A DNA stretch of 64,000 bases, from the NCBI GenBank assembly GCA_963792415.1, contig CAWBVY010000006.1, positions 320,001-384,000 on the forward strand. Direction: 5' to 3'. The DNA is from Candidatus Deferrimicrobiaceae bacterium. GTDB taxonomy: Bacteria > Desulfobacterota > Deferrimicrobia > Deferrimicrobiales > Deferrimicrobiaceae. Positions 8,796 through 16,955 of this stretch are shown piece after piece. Position 1 is the stretch's first letter; each line of letters opens with the position of its first letter. Under the pieces are notes generated by a model. The model saw only the letters and a list, made by a program, of their open reading frames with translations. It was not told the origin of the DNA and did no database searches. A program made the translations under genes and the position numbers.

Positions 8796-10115
8796 TCAGT
8801 CTACTTTAACAGGTTCCATTACGATACCGTCGATCTCCAGATCTATTTTCAGGCGTTTCGCTGCCTTTTTGGCTTCACTGCGATCATGGAACGGGCCGGC
8901 GATAACACGGTAGCTGTCGCTCCTTTGGAACACCCGGGCCGGGATGGGTGGCCCCTGGTGATTGATGATGGCGGCAATCCTCTGAGCTTCAATCCTGTCA
9001 CGCCCATCGGCAGCCAAAACATACCATGCTTCCAGTTTCAGTGCCGGTATTTCCGGTTTGCCGTACAACGTCTCCGGGTGCTCGACTTCTACAGGTTTCG
9101 CGACCTCTTTTTCACTTCCCTGAATCAACTCGAAGATGGGAACCGGAATCCCCCGGGCCTCGGCCTGTGCTTCCTTGACCTTTTTCCAGTCGAGCGTGCG
9201 CCGGGCTTTCTTTTCAACCGTTCTCAATTTTTTATAGAGTTTCTCCGACTCATGAGCGTCCGACCCTTCCATGGGCGCATGCGCTTCCAGGTAAAGTACG
9301 CCATTGCGTTGCCCTATGAGATATGGCTGGTTGACAATGAGTACCGGTGTTTTCACCGGAGTGTCATCGAAGAGCGTCTTCACGTTTTCCGGATAGAGCC
9401 TCAGGCAGCCATTGGTTGCCGTAAGGCCGATGCTGGCCGGTTTATTGGTGCCATGGATCAAATAGCCCGATTTGCTCAAGTAGAGCGCGTATTCCCCCAG
9501 GGGATTTTCAGGCCCCGGCGGGACGGCTTTGGGGAGGATATCCCCTTTCTTGCGATGGTCCTCGGCAATCGAAGCAGGAACATGCCAGGTAGGCCGGGCC
9601 GCCTTGCGCGCCACATGCATCTTGCCCGTGGGGGTAGGCCGCTCGTCGGTGCCGACACCGACCGGGTAGGTCGTCACCGACAGGGACGTGCCATCCTCTT
9701 TATACTGAAAGAGCCTCATGGTGGCCAGGTTGATCACAATCCCTTTTCTGGGAGTGTCCGGCAGGAGAAAACTCAGGGGCAACAGGATACGCTCTCCGGC
9801 CTCAGGAACCCATACGTCTACCCCGGGATTCGCCGCACTGATTGCGTTGATCCCCAGACTGAAGTGTCGAGCAATATCCGGGAGCGTATCTCCCTTTTCA
9901 AGCCTGATAACCGCCAACCGGCCGATGACGTCTTCTCCTCGTGCAACCGGAAACCTGTTTCGCTCGATCTCCTTTTCACGGTGGCCTGGAAAAGAGTCTG
10001 CTGTCTCCTGGACACTTTTCATTGCGGCACATCCAGAGAGAGAGAAGATGAATATGCAGAGAGCCGCCAAACGAAACCGGTTGCAGGAGAGTGATCGATC
10101 ACGGGTTCGTAACAT
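8796..10115 (-). CDS. L,D-transpeptidase (LysM-like + YkuD, ErfK/YbiS-like) with C-terminal SPOR-like domain
   Basis: LSGC lipobox; GDTLPDIARHF, GIVINLATMRL, PPGPENPLG, YLIHGTN, GCLRL; C-terminal YRVIAGPF...EAKKAAKRL. Start uncertain (10115 or 10139). Confidence 0.9.
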   Translation of the reverse strand: MLRTRDRSLSCNRFRLAALCIFIFSLSGCAAMKSVQETADSFPGHREKEIERNRFPVARGEDVIGRLAVIRLEKGDTLPDIARHFSLGINAISAANPGVDVWVPEAGERILLPLSFLLPDTPRKGIVINLATMRLFQYKEDGTSLSVTTYPVGVGTDERPTPTGKMHVARKAARPTWHVPASIAEDHRKKGDILPKAVPPGPENPLGEYALYLSKSGYLIHGTNKPASIGLTATNGCLRLYPENVKTLFDDTPVKTPVLIVNQPYLIGQRNGVLYLEAHAPMEGSDAHESEKLYKKLRTVEKKARRTLDWKKVKEAQAEARGIPVPIFELIQGSEKEVAKPVEVEHPETLYGKPEIPALKLEAWYVLAADGRDRIEAQRIAAIINHQGPPIPARVFQRSDSYRVIAGPFHDRSEAKKAAKRLKIDLEIDGIVMEPVKVD

Positions 10116-10244
10116 GGGTTCAGCAAGCACCTTTCTCATCGGCGACCCGGCGGTCTCAGCGAGATCCTGCAGGCGTTCCACCCCGCCTGACCTGACCCCT
10201 GTGATCGGTCTATCTATATCGTAGTGCAAAAATCCTCCGGAGCT

Positions 10245-10386
10245 GACCTGATCCCCGATATTTGACCAACTGGAGACGGGGATTTTCCCCTGCCGACCAC
10301 AAGACGGTCACAAGCTCCAGTCGCTGACTGGAAATTCTTCCAGACAAGGGAACTTATAGGATTCGACCTTCGGGGTGGTTTCCCGA
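10245..10386 (+). repeat. Boundary repeat copy A: IS3-like end, GGTCACAA-type tandem repeat and tRNA-Met-derived core site
   Basis: About 130 bp aligns with 24705..24834. Ends GACCTTCGGG-GTGGTTT-CCCGA, matching the tRNA anticodon arm layout (GACCTTCGGG-TTATGAG-CCCGA). Confidence 0.8.
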
Positions 10387-10417
10387 CCAGGTGTCTGCGA
10401 AACCAGGGGAAGTCCAC

Positions 10418-12196
10418 CTATTCATCCTTGACGCAGCGAACGGATCGACCGGTCGTGATGGACGTCCAGAAATACGATCCATCAACGCCGCTATAGTTGA
10501 CATCCAGCCCTCTTCTCCATGCCTCGACGTTATTGCCGTTGAGACTGGAAGTCCAGAACGATGCCTGAACCTCGACGGAGAAGAAAACCACGTTATCCCC
10601 GCTGGGATAAAAGCCCCCGCCCGGAAGACCTTCGAAACCGGAGTCGCCGCACGGAGTCCTCCCCTGGCACAGGCCTGCCGATTTCAGCCGATCGCCGGCC
10701 GGAGCGCCGCAGAAAGTATCCGGATAATTGCCCCCCGGATACGGGGAGCAGCCACCGGGCCCGAGAGCATTCGCCAGCGTGACGTACTCGGGGTCGCTCG
10801 GGATGTGCCAACCGGAGGGACAGATGCCCCGGGACTTCTCGGTTTGCGCCCCGCACATCGCCTGGTTCCAGGTATACAGGCCTCCGTAGGTCTCACAATT
10901 GCTCCCCGAATCTTCATAGCAGAATTTCTTTATGGAGGCACAGGACGTGCCTTGCCCATCCGCAGAGGGAGTTGCGGTTCCGACATCGAGATTCCTCGCG
11001 ATCCAGCACTGGGTCCCGATCTGAACCGTGGGATAGCCCTCGCCCGCATACGTCAACACGTCGCCGCAGACCTCCCAGGGGGCCACGACGACCGTCACCG
11101 TGTACTCCTGCGTCGAGGCGTCCGCGGCCGTGACCGTGTAGACAACGGGGTTCGTGAAGTCTTGCGCCACTCCCGATGCCGGGGCGATGCTTGTCCCCGT
11201 GTGGACGATCGTCGGGACGAGCGCCGTGACAACCGTGCCCGCGGGGAGCGTCGCGTCGATCGTATGCGATGCCTCCAAGATGGTTCCCTCCGCGCCAGGA
11301 GCGGCGAAGTTGAACGTCGTAATCTCCTTGCTGCTGCTCGGCGCTACCGTGACCGTCACCGTGTAATCCTGCGTCGAGGCGTCCGCGGCCGTGACCTTGT
11401 AGACAACGGGATTCGTGAAGTCTTGCGCCACTCCCGATGCCGGGGCGATGATTGTCCCCGTGTGGATGATCGTCGGGACAAGTGCGGTGACTGCCGTGCC
11501 GAACGGCACCGTCACGGCAATCGTATGCGATGTCTCCGTAACGGTTCCCACCGCATTGTAATTTGCAAAACTGAACGCCGTAATGGCTTTGGCGGTTCTC
11601 GGCGCCACGGTGACCGTCACCGTGTACTCCTGCGTCGAGGTGTCTGCCGCAGTCACCGTATACACGACCGGATTCGTGAAGTCCTGTGCAACCCCCGTTG
11701 CGGGAAGGATGCCTGCTCCCGTATGGAGTATCGTCGGGACAAGCGCCGAGACATCCGTGCCGGACGGCACCGTCACGGCAATCGCATGCGATATCTCCGT
11801 AATGGTTCCCACCGCGTCGTAACCTGCAAAACCGAACGCCGTAATGGCTTTGGCGGTGCTCGGCGCCACCGTGACCGTCACCGTGTAATCCTGCGTTGAG
11901 GCGTCCGCGGCCGTCACCGTATATATCACCGCATCCGTAAAATCCTCCGCGACTCCGGTCGCGGGACTAATGCTTGCTCCGGTGTGGATGATCGTCGGGA
12001 CGAGCGTCGTGACATCCGTGCCGAACGGCACCGTCACGGCAATCGTGTGCGATGCCTCCGAAATGGTTCCCTGAGCAGCAGGATTTTCGAAGCTGAACGC
12101 CGTAACGGATTTGGCGTTACTCAGCGACGAATCCGAACAACCTGTCAACGTCATTCCCAGGGCCACAAAGAGAACCCCCAACAACATCCGTTTCAT
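10418..12196 (-). CDS. Lipoprotein with four ~87-aa beta-sandwich (DUF5018-like) repeats and a C-terminal FISUMP (Fibrobacter major paralogous) domain
   Basis: LTGC lipobox; repeats ending DFTNPVVYTVTAADASTQxYTVTVTVAP; YPTVQIGTQCWIARNL, YGGLYTW, GICPSGWHIPS, GRSVRCVKD. AGGAG RBS before 12196. Confidence 0.9.
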   Translation of the reverse strand: MKRMLLGVLFVALGMTLTGCSDSSLSNAKSVTAFSFENPAAQGTISEASHTIAVTVPFGTDVTTLVPTIIHTGASISPATGVAEDFTDAVIYTVTAADASTQDYTVTVTVAPSTAKAITAFGFAGYDAVGTITEISHAIAVTVPSGTDVSALVPTILHTGAGILPATGVAQDFTNPVVYTVTAADTSTQEYTVTVTVAPRTAKAITAFSFANYNAVGTVTETSHTIAVTVPFGTAVTALVPTIIHTGTIIAPASGVAQDFTNPVVYKVTAADASTQDYTVTVTVAPSSSKEITTFNFAAPGAEGTILEASHTIDATLPAGTVVTALVPTIVHTGTSIAPASGVAQDFTNPVVYTVTAADASTQEYTVTVVVAPWEVCGDVLTYAGEGYPTVQIGTQCWIARNLDVGTATPSADGQGTSCASIKKFCYEDSGSNCETYGGLYTWNQAMCGAQTEKSRGICPSGWHIPSDPEYVTLANALGPGGCSPYPGGNYPDTFCGAPAGDRLKSAGLCQGRTPCGDSGFEGLPGGGFYPSGDNVVFFSVEVQASFWTSSLNGNNVEAWRRGLDVNYSGVDGSYFWTSITTGRSVRCVKDE

Positions 12197-12520
12197 CCGT
12201 TGGCTCCTTGAATGGTTACTTGGCAACGATTTCCGAAAAAACCGTGCAGGTTCCATTGTCACGAATCCAGGGATCCCGGCCGTTCCACATTGCCATTGAC
12301 GTTGCTTATCGCGCTCACCCGTTCCTTTCTTCATTTAATTCTCCCGCCCGGATGACCTACCTGCCCTGAATCCATACCAGTTGCGAAAGGGATCTCTTCG
12401 GGTACAGGGAACTTGGCACAGGGCCAAAGTCCAGAAAACTTTCATTTGTGGCATGTTCCAACAAGAAAGGGGATGCCGGATTGTACCGGACTCTCCTGTG
12501 TTTCCACAATGTTGCCGAAG

Positions 12521-12573
12521 TAACCTGCCCCCCGTCTTATACCAAATGGACGAGGAAATCGGGGACGAGGTCA
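12521..12573. mobile_element. Collapsed mini-element with IS3-like inverted ends
   Basis: Left end TAACCTGCCCCCCG, right end CGGGGACGAGGTCA (reverse complement TGACCTCGTCCCCG). Both resemble the IS end at 32939. Confidence 0.5.
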
Positions 12574-12586
12574 AAGGCCAACAAGG

Positions 12587-13189
12587 TCACCCAGGTGGAA
12601 GATCGTAGGAAACCTTCGATTCATTTCCTTTAACAATGCCCTTCTTGATGAGCTCCGCAATGATGCGCTCTACCTCCGCCTCGGAAAGGGGGGGCTTCCG
12701 AAACCATGAGTTGATCGTGGCAGCCAGGGTTTTCCGTGTTCTGGGTTTGGCGGCGCCACTCTTCGCCAAATTGGCGATTACTGCCGAAACCCGATCAGGC
12801 GCGGACTTCGAGGTTGCCAGCTTAACAAGCGGCAACTCCAGGATGGTTTTGACTCGACTGGAGGCAATCTTCTTGCTCTTCAAGTACTGAATCAGAGGAT
12901 CAAAGCCGGTATCTTTTGAAACGATATAAAAGTTAGCGTCCGGCTCTTTTGCGGAAAGCTGACCGATGTAATAGGCGATGTGGAAATCAAGAGCGTTACC
13001 GCCGGTTCCCGCGATCTTGATGTATTTGGCTCGATCGCCCAATCGCTGCAACACCGAAGCAACCTCGTACGTCACCTTGGCCTGATTTGCGCCCACAAAA
13101 ACGATGACGCTGAAATGTTCACGCTCCAGCGCAGCCATTGCCTGAGGCTGAACATTTTCATAATCGATTAAGACGTAGGTATTTTTCAC
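12587..13189 (-). CDS. PIN-like (NYN/PIN7-type) domain protein
   Basis: VLIDYENVQ, NALDFHIAYYIG, IVSKDTGFDPLI. GTG start overlaps the upstream stop (GTGA). Confidence 0.85.
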   Translation of the reverse strand: MKNTYVLIDYENVQPQAMAALEREHFSVIVFVGANQAKVTYEVASVLQRLGDRAKYIKIAGTGGNALDFHIAYYIGQLSAKEPDANFYIVSKDTGFDPLIQYLKSKKIASSRVKTILELPLVKLATSKSAPDRVSAVIANLAKSGAAKPRTRKTLAATINSWFRKPPLSEAEVERIIAELIKKGIVKGNESKVSYDLPPG

Positions 13190-13626
13190 CGCGCAACGCT
13201 CCTCGTGGGCTCTAATTTTGTAATATCCGAGAGGAAATCTCGGGCGGCTTGCACCACTATCCCCATCGTATCCTTCGGTTTGTTCCTGTACGGGCCGAAA
13301 TGGCGTCGATCCCCCGCGAGAAAATGCGTTGCCTTGCACCGCTGTGCCGAGGCGAACACAGGCCGATCCTTCTCAGGGAGTGAAATCGTGCACCGCTCTC
13401 CAGCAACATCAGGAACAAGGTGGACTGTCTCCAGAATCTCGGCCAACCGGCCAAGAGCTGCCGGATGCTTCCTATCCAGGTTCCGTCGTGCCTCCGCAAG
13501 GCAATACGCGCTGGTCACGACCTCCCAACTCCCCGCCGCAGCCAGATCGATCACAAGCGACGCCTTCCCTTCCGGGTTGCGAGCGGCGGTGAACAGCACG
13601 TCCGAGTCCAGGAAAAGGCGTATCAA
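13186..13626 (-). CDS. VapC-like PIN-domain toxin
   Basis: RLFLDSDVL, EARRNL, KDRPVF, GDRRHF. TTG start overlaps the antitoxin stop. Confidence 0.85.
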   Translation of the reverse strand: MIRLFLDSDVLFTAARNPEGKASLVIDLAAAGSWEVVTSAYCLAEARRNLDRKHPAALGRLAEILETVHLVPDVAGERCTISLPEKDRPVFASAQRCKATHFLAGDRRHFGPYRNKPKDTMGIVVQAARDFLSDITKLEPTRSVAR

Positions 13627-13874
13627 CGCTTCCGTCCAAGCCTCTTCAGGATCCTGGACCGCTCGCCGGGAGCAAGCCGGTCTTCCCGCTCCCATCGGCC
13701 GATCTCTTCGTCCGTATAGGTGTCCAACTCCACAACGGCAGCAGGCCGAAGCACCAGTTCCCCTTTCCGGTCCTCGACAACCAGGACCCCGCCCGGCTTG
13801 ATCCCGAGGCGCCTCCGCATGGACGCAGGCAAGGTAATCTGCCCCCTCCCGGAAACGACGACATTCCCTTTCAT
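13623..13874 (-). CDS. AbrB/MazE/SpoVT-family antitoxin
   Basis: VSGRGQITLPASMRRRLGIKPGG...ELVLRP; GGAGG RBS. Confidence 0.9.
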   Translation of the reverse strand: MKGNVVVSGRGQITLPASMRRRLGIKPGGVLVVEDRKGELVLRPAAVVELDTYTDEEIGRWEREDRLAPGERSRILKRLGRKR

Positions 13875-13890
13875 AACGCGCCTCCCATCC

Positions 13891-13934
13891 GATATTCCGT
13901 AATGCAGTCTAACTGATATTCCGTATTTATGCAA
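13891..13934 (-). promoter_or_regulatory. Sigma70-type promoter of the TA operon with two direct-repeat operators
   Basis: TTGCAT-17 bp-TAGACT. TACGGAATATC occurs twice (13891-13901, 13915-13925), on either side of the -10 box. Confidence 0.7.
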
Positions 13935-14063
13935 CTGACCTGCCTGACCTGCTTCCCGGTAATCGTCCAGCTGGTCGAGGGAATTTGCGCTGGAATCCGT
14001 ACAGCTGGCAAACCTCGTGCAAACAACAATCGAGTTTTGTAACCCTATTGGTATACTTCCACC

Positions 14064-14366
14064 ATGCGTCGCCTCCTCCTGGCCCTCCTTTTTCTCCTGC
14101 CTCTCGCGCTTCCTTTGTCATGCGGCGACTCATCTGATACATCGACCATCACAGGAGATTTTGTGGTCCGCTTCGAGCAAATTGGGGGTGGATGTTGGAA
14201 CCTTGTGGCGACGGACAATACCCTCTATTTCCCCATCAACCTTGACAATGTTTATCAAATCGACGGACTTCGCGTGGCGGCATCTCTTCAGTTGCCGACC
14301 GCCCCATTCGGGACCTTTTGTCCCGGCCAACCGATGGTTGTCATCAAAATCGCACCGCTGCCTTGA
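14064..14366 (+). CDS. Hypothetical secreted protein or lipoprotein
   Basis: Hydrophobic signal peptide with PLSC; GGCW...PINL...DGLRV small beta domain. Confidence 0.7.
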   Translation: MRRLLLALLFLLPLALPLSCGDSSDTSTITGDFVVRFEQIGGGCWNLVATDNTLYFPINLDNVYQIDGLRVAASLQLPTAPFGTFCPGQPMVVIKIAPLP

Positions 14367-14651
14367 ACGCAGCCAAACCCGTTCCCTCCCAATAGGACTA
14401 TCCGAGCGGGGGACATATCTTCGGACGCCACACGGACCGTAAACCCCGTGCGTTATCTGGCCTGCTTGAGGAGTAATAGAGACATCGCCGGCAGGGTGTT
14501 GAAGAGTGAAACCCCTGATGCGGGTGGAACGATCACGGGGGCTGGTCATTCCCCTGCCCCTGGAAGCAGGTGATCGCAAGCGAGAACTGCTCGTGCGGTA
14601 CATCCACGGAACGAAGGAAACGGAATCGCACCTACGGCGGGGAGGTTGCAG

Positions 14652-15050
14652 ATGAGGCGACGGGCTTGCGTGGTGATCCTCACGGCGATCCTCGCCTGGC
14701 CGTGTCTTCAGGGGTGCGCTGAAACCGTCATAGTTGGTGGTGGTGGGAAGATTGGATCGGCAAAGGATCGTGCGCCGGTACTCGTTACGGAGAACGGAAA
14801 AGATGTGGTTGGTTGCGAGTTCATGATGAACTTTGAGCAAAGCAGGCCGTGGGGCGGGTTACTCCTTCAAGAGGATGCCATGGAAAGAGTCATCACAGAC
14901 CTTACATATGAAACAGTCGATGCGGGTGGGAACGTATTGCTCATACGGAAGAAACAAAAGGGTTTCAATGGATCATCCGCTTCAGGGGATGTCTATCGTT
15001 GCCCGGACAACAATGCTCCTGCTCCTCCCCCGCAACCGACCCCAAAATAA
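14652..15050 (+). CDS. Hypothetical lipoprotein (DUF4156-like)
   Basis: LQGC lipobox; GC..., AGGNVLLI, GDVYRCP; GGAGGT RBS. Confidence 0.65.
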   Translation: MRRRACVVILTAILAWPCLQGCAETVIVGGGGKIGSAKDRAPVLVTENGKDVVGCEFMMNFEQSRPWGGLLLQEDAMERVITDLTYETVDAGGNVLLIRKKQKGFNGSSASGDVYRCPDNNAPAPPPQPTPK

Positions 15051-15064
15051 TCGTCCCCTCACAT

Positions 15065-15131
15065 CCACCGGACAGCGGACAGCCCCGCTGGGGTGCCGTT
15101 CGAGTCCGTCCGGTTGAGCCGCGGGTTAGGC
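15065..15131 (-). other. Partial or degenerate attC site after the cupin cassette
   Basis: Minus strand GCCTAAC-CCGCG-GCTCAACCGGACGG (R'' and L''-like). The R' end is lost. Confidence 0.6.
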
Positions 15132-15159
15132 CCGACCGTGTTGGATGTCGGGCCTGAGC

Positions 15160-15504
15160 TCACTCTTGCCTGACGATATCGACCGAGATCTCCACCGCCG
15201 GAATCGTTCCCCTGTTCTCAAGCCAGTGTGTGGTGTTCCTATCCTCGGGCCAGCCCACTCCCGGCCCATAGTCCGTAGCGACTCCATTTCGATGGTCAGT
15301 GATCGTTCCTTGCAGTATATAGACGGTGCCTGGTCTGCCTTTGTGGTCGTGAATCGGGCCGAAGACGCCTCCAGGCTCGAAGGTCACCATACGCATTCGA
15401 AGTTGGCGCCCTGCCATGCCCTCGATCTCAGGGCCAAGGTCAACCGATGCAAGCAACTTCACCGTTACACCTTTCGTCTCAGGTGCCACCTGTTCGTTGC
15501 TCAT
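15160..15504 (-). CDS. Cupin domain protein (integron cassette gene)
   Basis: EPGG...HDH...GTVYILQG...THWLENRG. The RBS lies just after the GTTAGGC core site. Confidence 0.9.
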   Translation of the reverse strand: MSNEQVAPETKGVTVKLLASVDLGPEIEGMAGRQLRMRMVTFEPGGVFGPIHDHKGRPGTVYILQGTITDHRNGVATDYGPGVGWPEDRNTTHWLENRGTIPAVEISVDIVRQE

Positions 15505-15530
15505 CGTGCTCTCCTCTCTGTAGTTCCAGG

Positions 15531-15605
15531 GCCTAACGCTCAGGCTGAGCTGCGGGCGCTCAGCGAAACTCACGGCGAGCCGTCAGCTTCAGCCTGTGGT
15601 TAGAC
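15531..15605 (-). other. Complete integron attC recombination site (75 bp)
   Basis: Minus strand GTCTAAC-CACAG-GCTGAAGC-TGACGG...CCGCA-GCTCAGC-CTGAGC-GTTAGGC: RYYYAAC/GTTRRRY boxes, 5/6-nt spacers and two unpaired bases on the left arm. Confidence 0.9.
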
Positions 15606-15681
15606 AGCTTTGTTATGATCTGAAATTGTCACCTGCATGCCAAAGCCGGGAAACTGCAGCGTACAGACTGTCCACTCACCT

Positions 15682-16053
15682 TCACCAGGTTTGAGTAGCA
15701 GAATCGATGGTAACGGCCAACGTGGCTCGCAGCCAACTGTATTTTGCTTTCATGAAATCAAAATCAGGTCCGGATGTTATAAAGGTCCCCTTTCCCTTGA
15801 TCAAAAAGCCGGCACCTGCTCCGTGCAAGCCCTTGACCTTGCTGCTTCCCAGCGTAATCAGCACATCAGGGTTGTGGGCAACGTTAACCTCTGTCTTATT
15901 CATGTATCCCGCAGGAATGAACAACCGCCCGTCCGGTGATATCCTGAGGTAGCTATTCCAGGTGTTGACCATATGCGGCCCATCCTTTCCCAATGTCGCA
16001 ATGGCAACAACCCCATCCTGTTTCATGATTTCCAGCAGCTTTTCCGGGATCAC
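15682..16053 (-). CDS. FMN-binding pyridoxamine 5'-phosphate oxidase family protein (cassette gene)
   Basis: GVVAIAT...PHMVNTWNSY...IPAGYM...G.GFLIKG. GTTAGAC core site at 16092-16086 upstream of the RBS. Confidence 0.88.
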   Translation of the reverse strand: MIPEKLLEIMKQDGVVAIATLGKDGPHMVNTWNSYLRISPDGRLFIPAGYMNKTEVNVAHNPDVLITLGSSKVKGLHGAGAGFLIKGKGTFITSGPDFDFMKAKYSWLRATLAVTIDSATQTW

Positions 16054-16162
16054 CGTGACTACCTCCCTTTTTCGTTTGTTGTTCTGTCTAACAGTTGATC
16101 AGACAAATGAACGTGAATTCTCGTGGTCACAATTTGGACAGAAAAAAGTCACAAGAATTTTC

Positions 16163-16205
16163 AAAAATAAAACACCCACCGGGTTGTGGATAACCCGGTG
16201 GGTGT
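16163..16205 (-). terminator. Rho-independent terminator
   Basis: 14-bp perfect stem ACACCCACCGGGTT/AACCCGGTGGGTGT followed by a T-rich tract on the minus strand. Confidence 0.75.
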
Positions 16206-16307
16206 ATTCTCCTCTTCCAATCGACGGACGATGTAACCCCGAGGTATCCCAAGAACCGATATCCTGGCGCCCCCGAAATTCTCGAATCCTTCGCTTGAAT
16301 AGAACGT

Positions 16308-16613
16308 TTATGCTGTTCCTCCTACCGGGAGATCCCGGAAGGCTTCGTCCGTGATGCGGTCCAATCTCGTCACCTGCATCCCCGATTGCGCTGCCGTCAA
16401 CCGGGCGAGGATCTCCGGGTTCTGCGTGTGGATTGAGTCCAGCAGCCCGCACAACTCCGGCAACTTCCCGGAGACGACTTGCGCGATGCTGCCGCCGCAG
16501 TCGAGCGAGATGATGATGGAGTGCCCGCTGTCGGGCGCGACGGTGCTGACGGTCCCATCCTTGTGTGTTATGACGATCTTCTCGATGGATTTATTTTTCG
16601 TCATGATTTGCAT
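16308..16613 (-). CDS. Hypothetical protein
   Basis: 101-aa ORF with a purine-rich RBS and a downstream terminator. Confidence 0.55.
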   Translation of the reverse strand: MQIMTKNKSIEKIVITHKDGTVSTVAPDSGHSIIISLDCGGSIAQVVSGKLPELCGLLDSIHTQNPEILARLTAAQSGMQVTRLDRITDEAFRDLPVGGTA

Positions 16614-16876
16614 CCTTTCCTCTCAATTTCTCGCGCTATTTGGATGCTCTGCTCATACTTATGGTTCCGCCTGCAGCAGAACCCGTCCCATCTATCGAAG
16701 AAGAACTCGATTGAGATGATGGAGCGGTTGTCGGACCGCAAGTGGCGCGAACCGCTCGGGCGGGACATCTTCGGAAGGAAGGAAGGAAGCGGAACAGCCC
16801 CCAAAATACCATGAGCGCCGTCTCTATCGCTGCCGCGACGATCAGGAGAGGAAATATAACGGTGGGTGGAAAACGA

Positions 16877-16908
16877 GGCGAGCCGTCGGCTTCAGCCTGT
16901 TGTTGGGC
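16877..16908 (-). other. Truncated attC site (left half only)
   Basis: GCCCAACAACAGGCTGAAGCCGACGGCTCGCC is nearly identical to the left half of attC 15531-15605. Confidence 0.8.
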
Positions 16909-16955
16909 GGCAATTATTACGGCTTTGAAAAATTAGGGGCCGCATATTGACGACT

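Noticed and set aside
11080-12120. ~260-bp repeats as a non-coding repeat array
   Set aside because: They are protein domain repeats of the FISUMP lipoprotein.
13906-13912. GTTAGAC before the TA operon as a cassette core site
   Set aside because: It overlaps the -10 box of a well-spaced promoter, and no matching attC was found after the operon.
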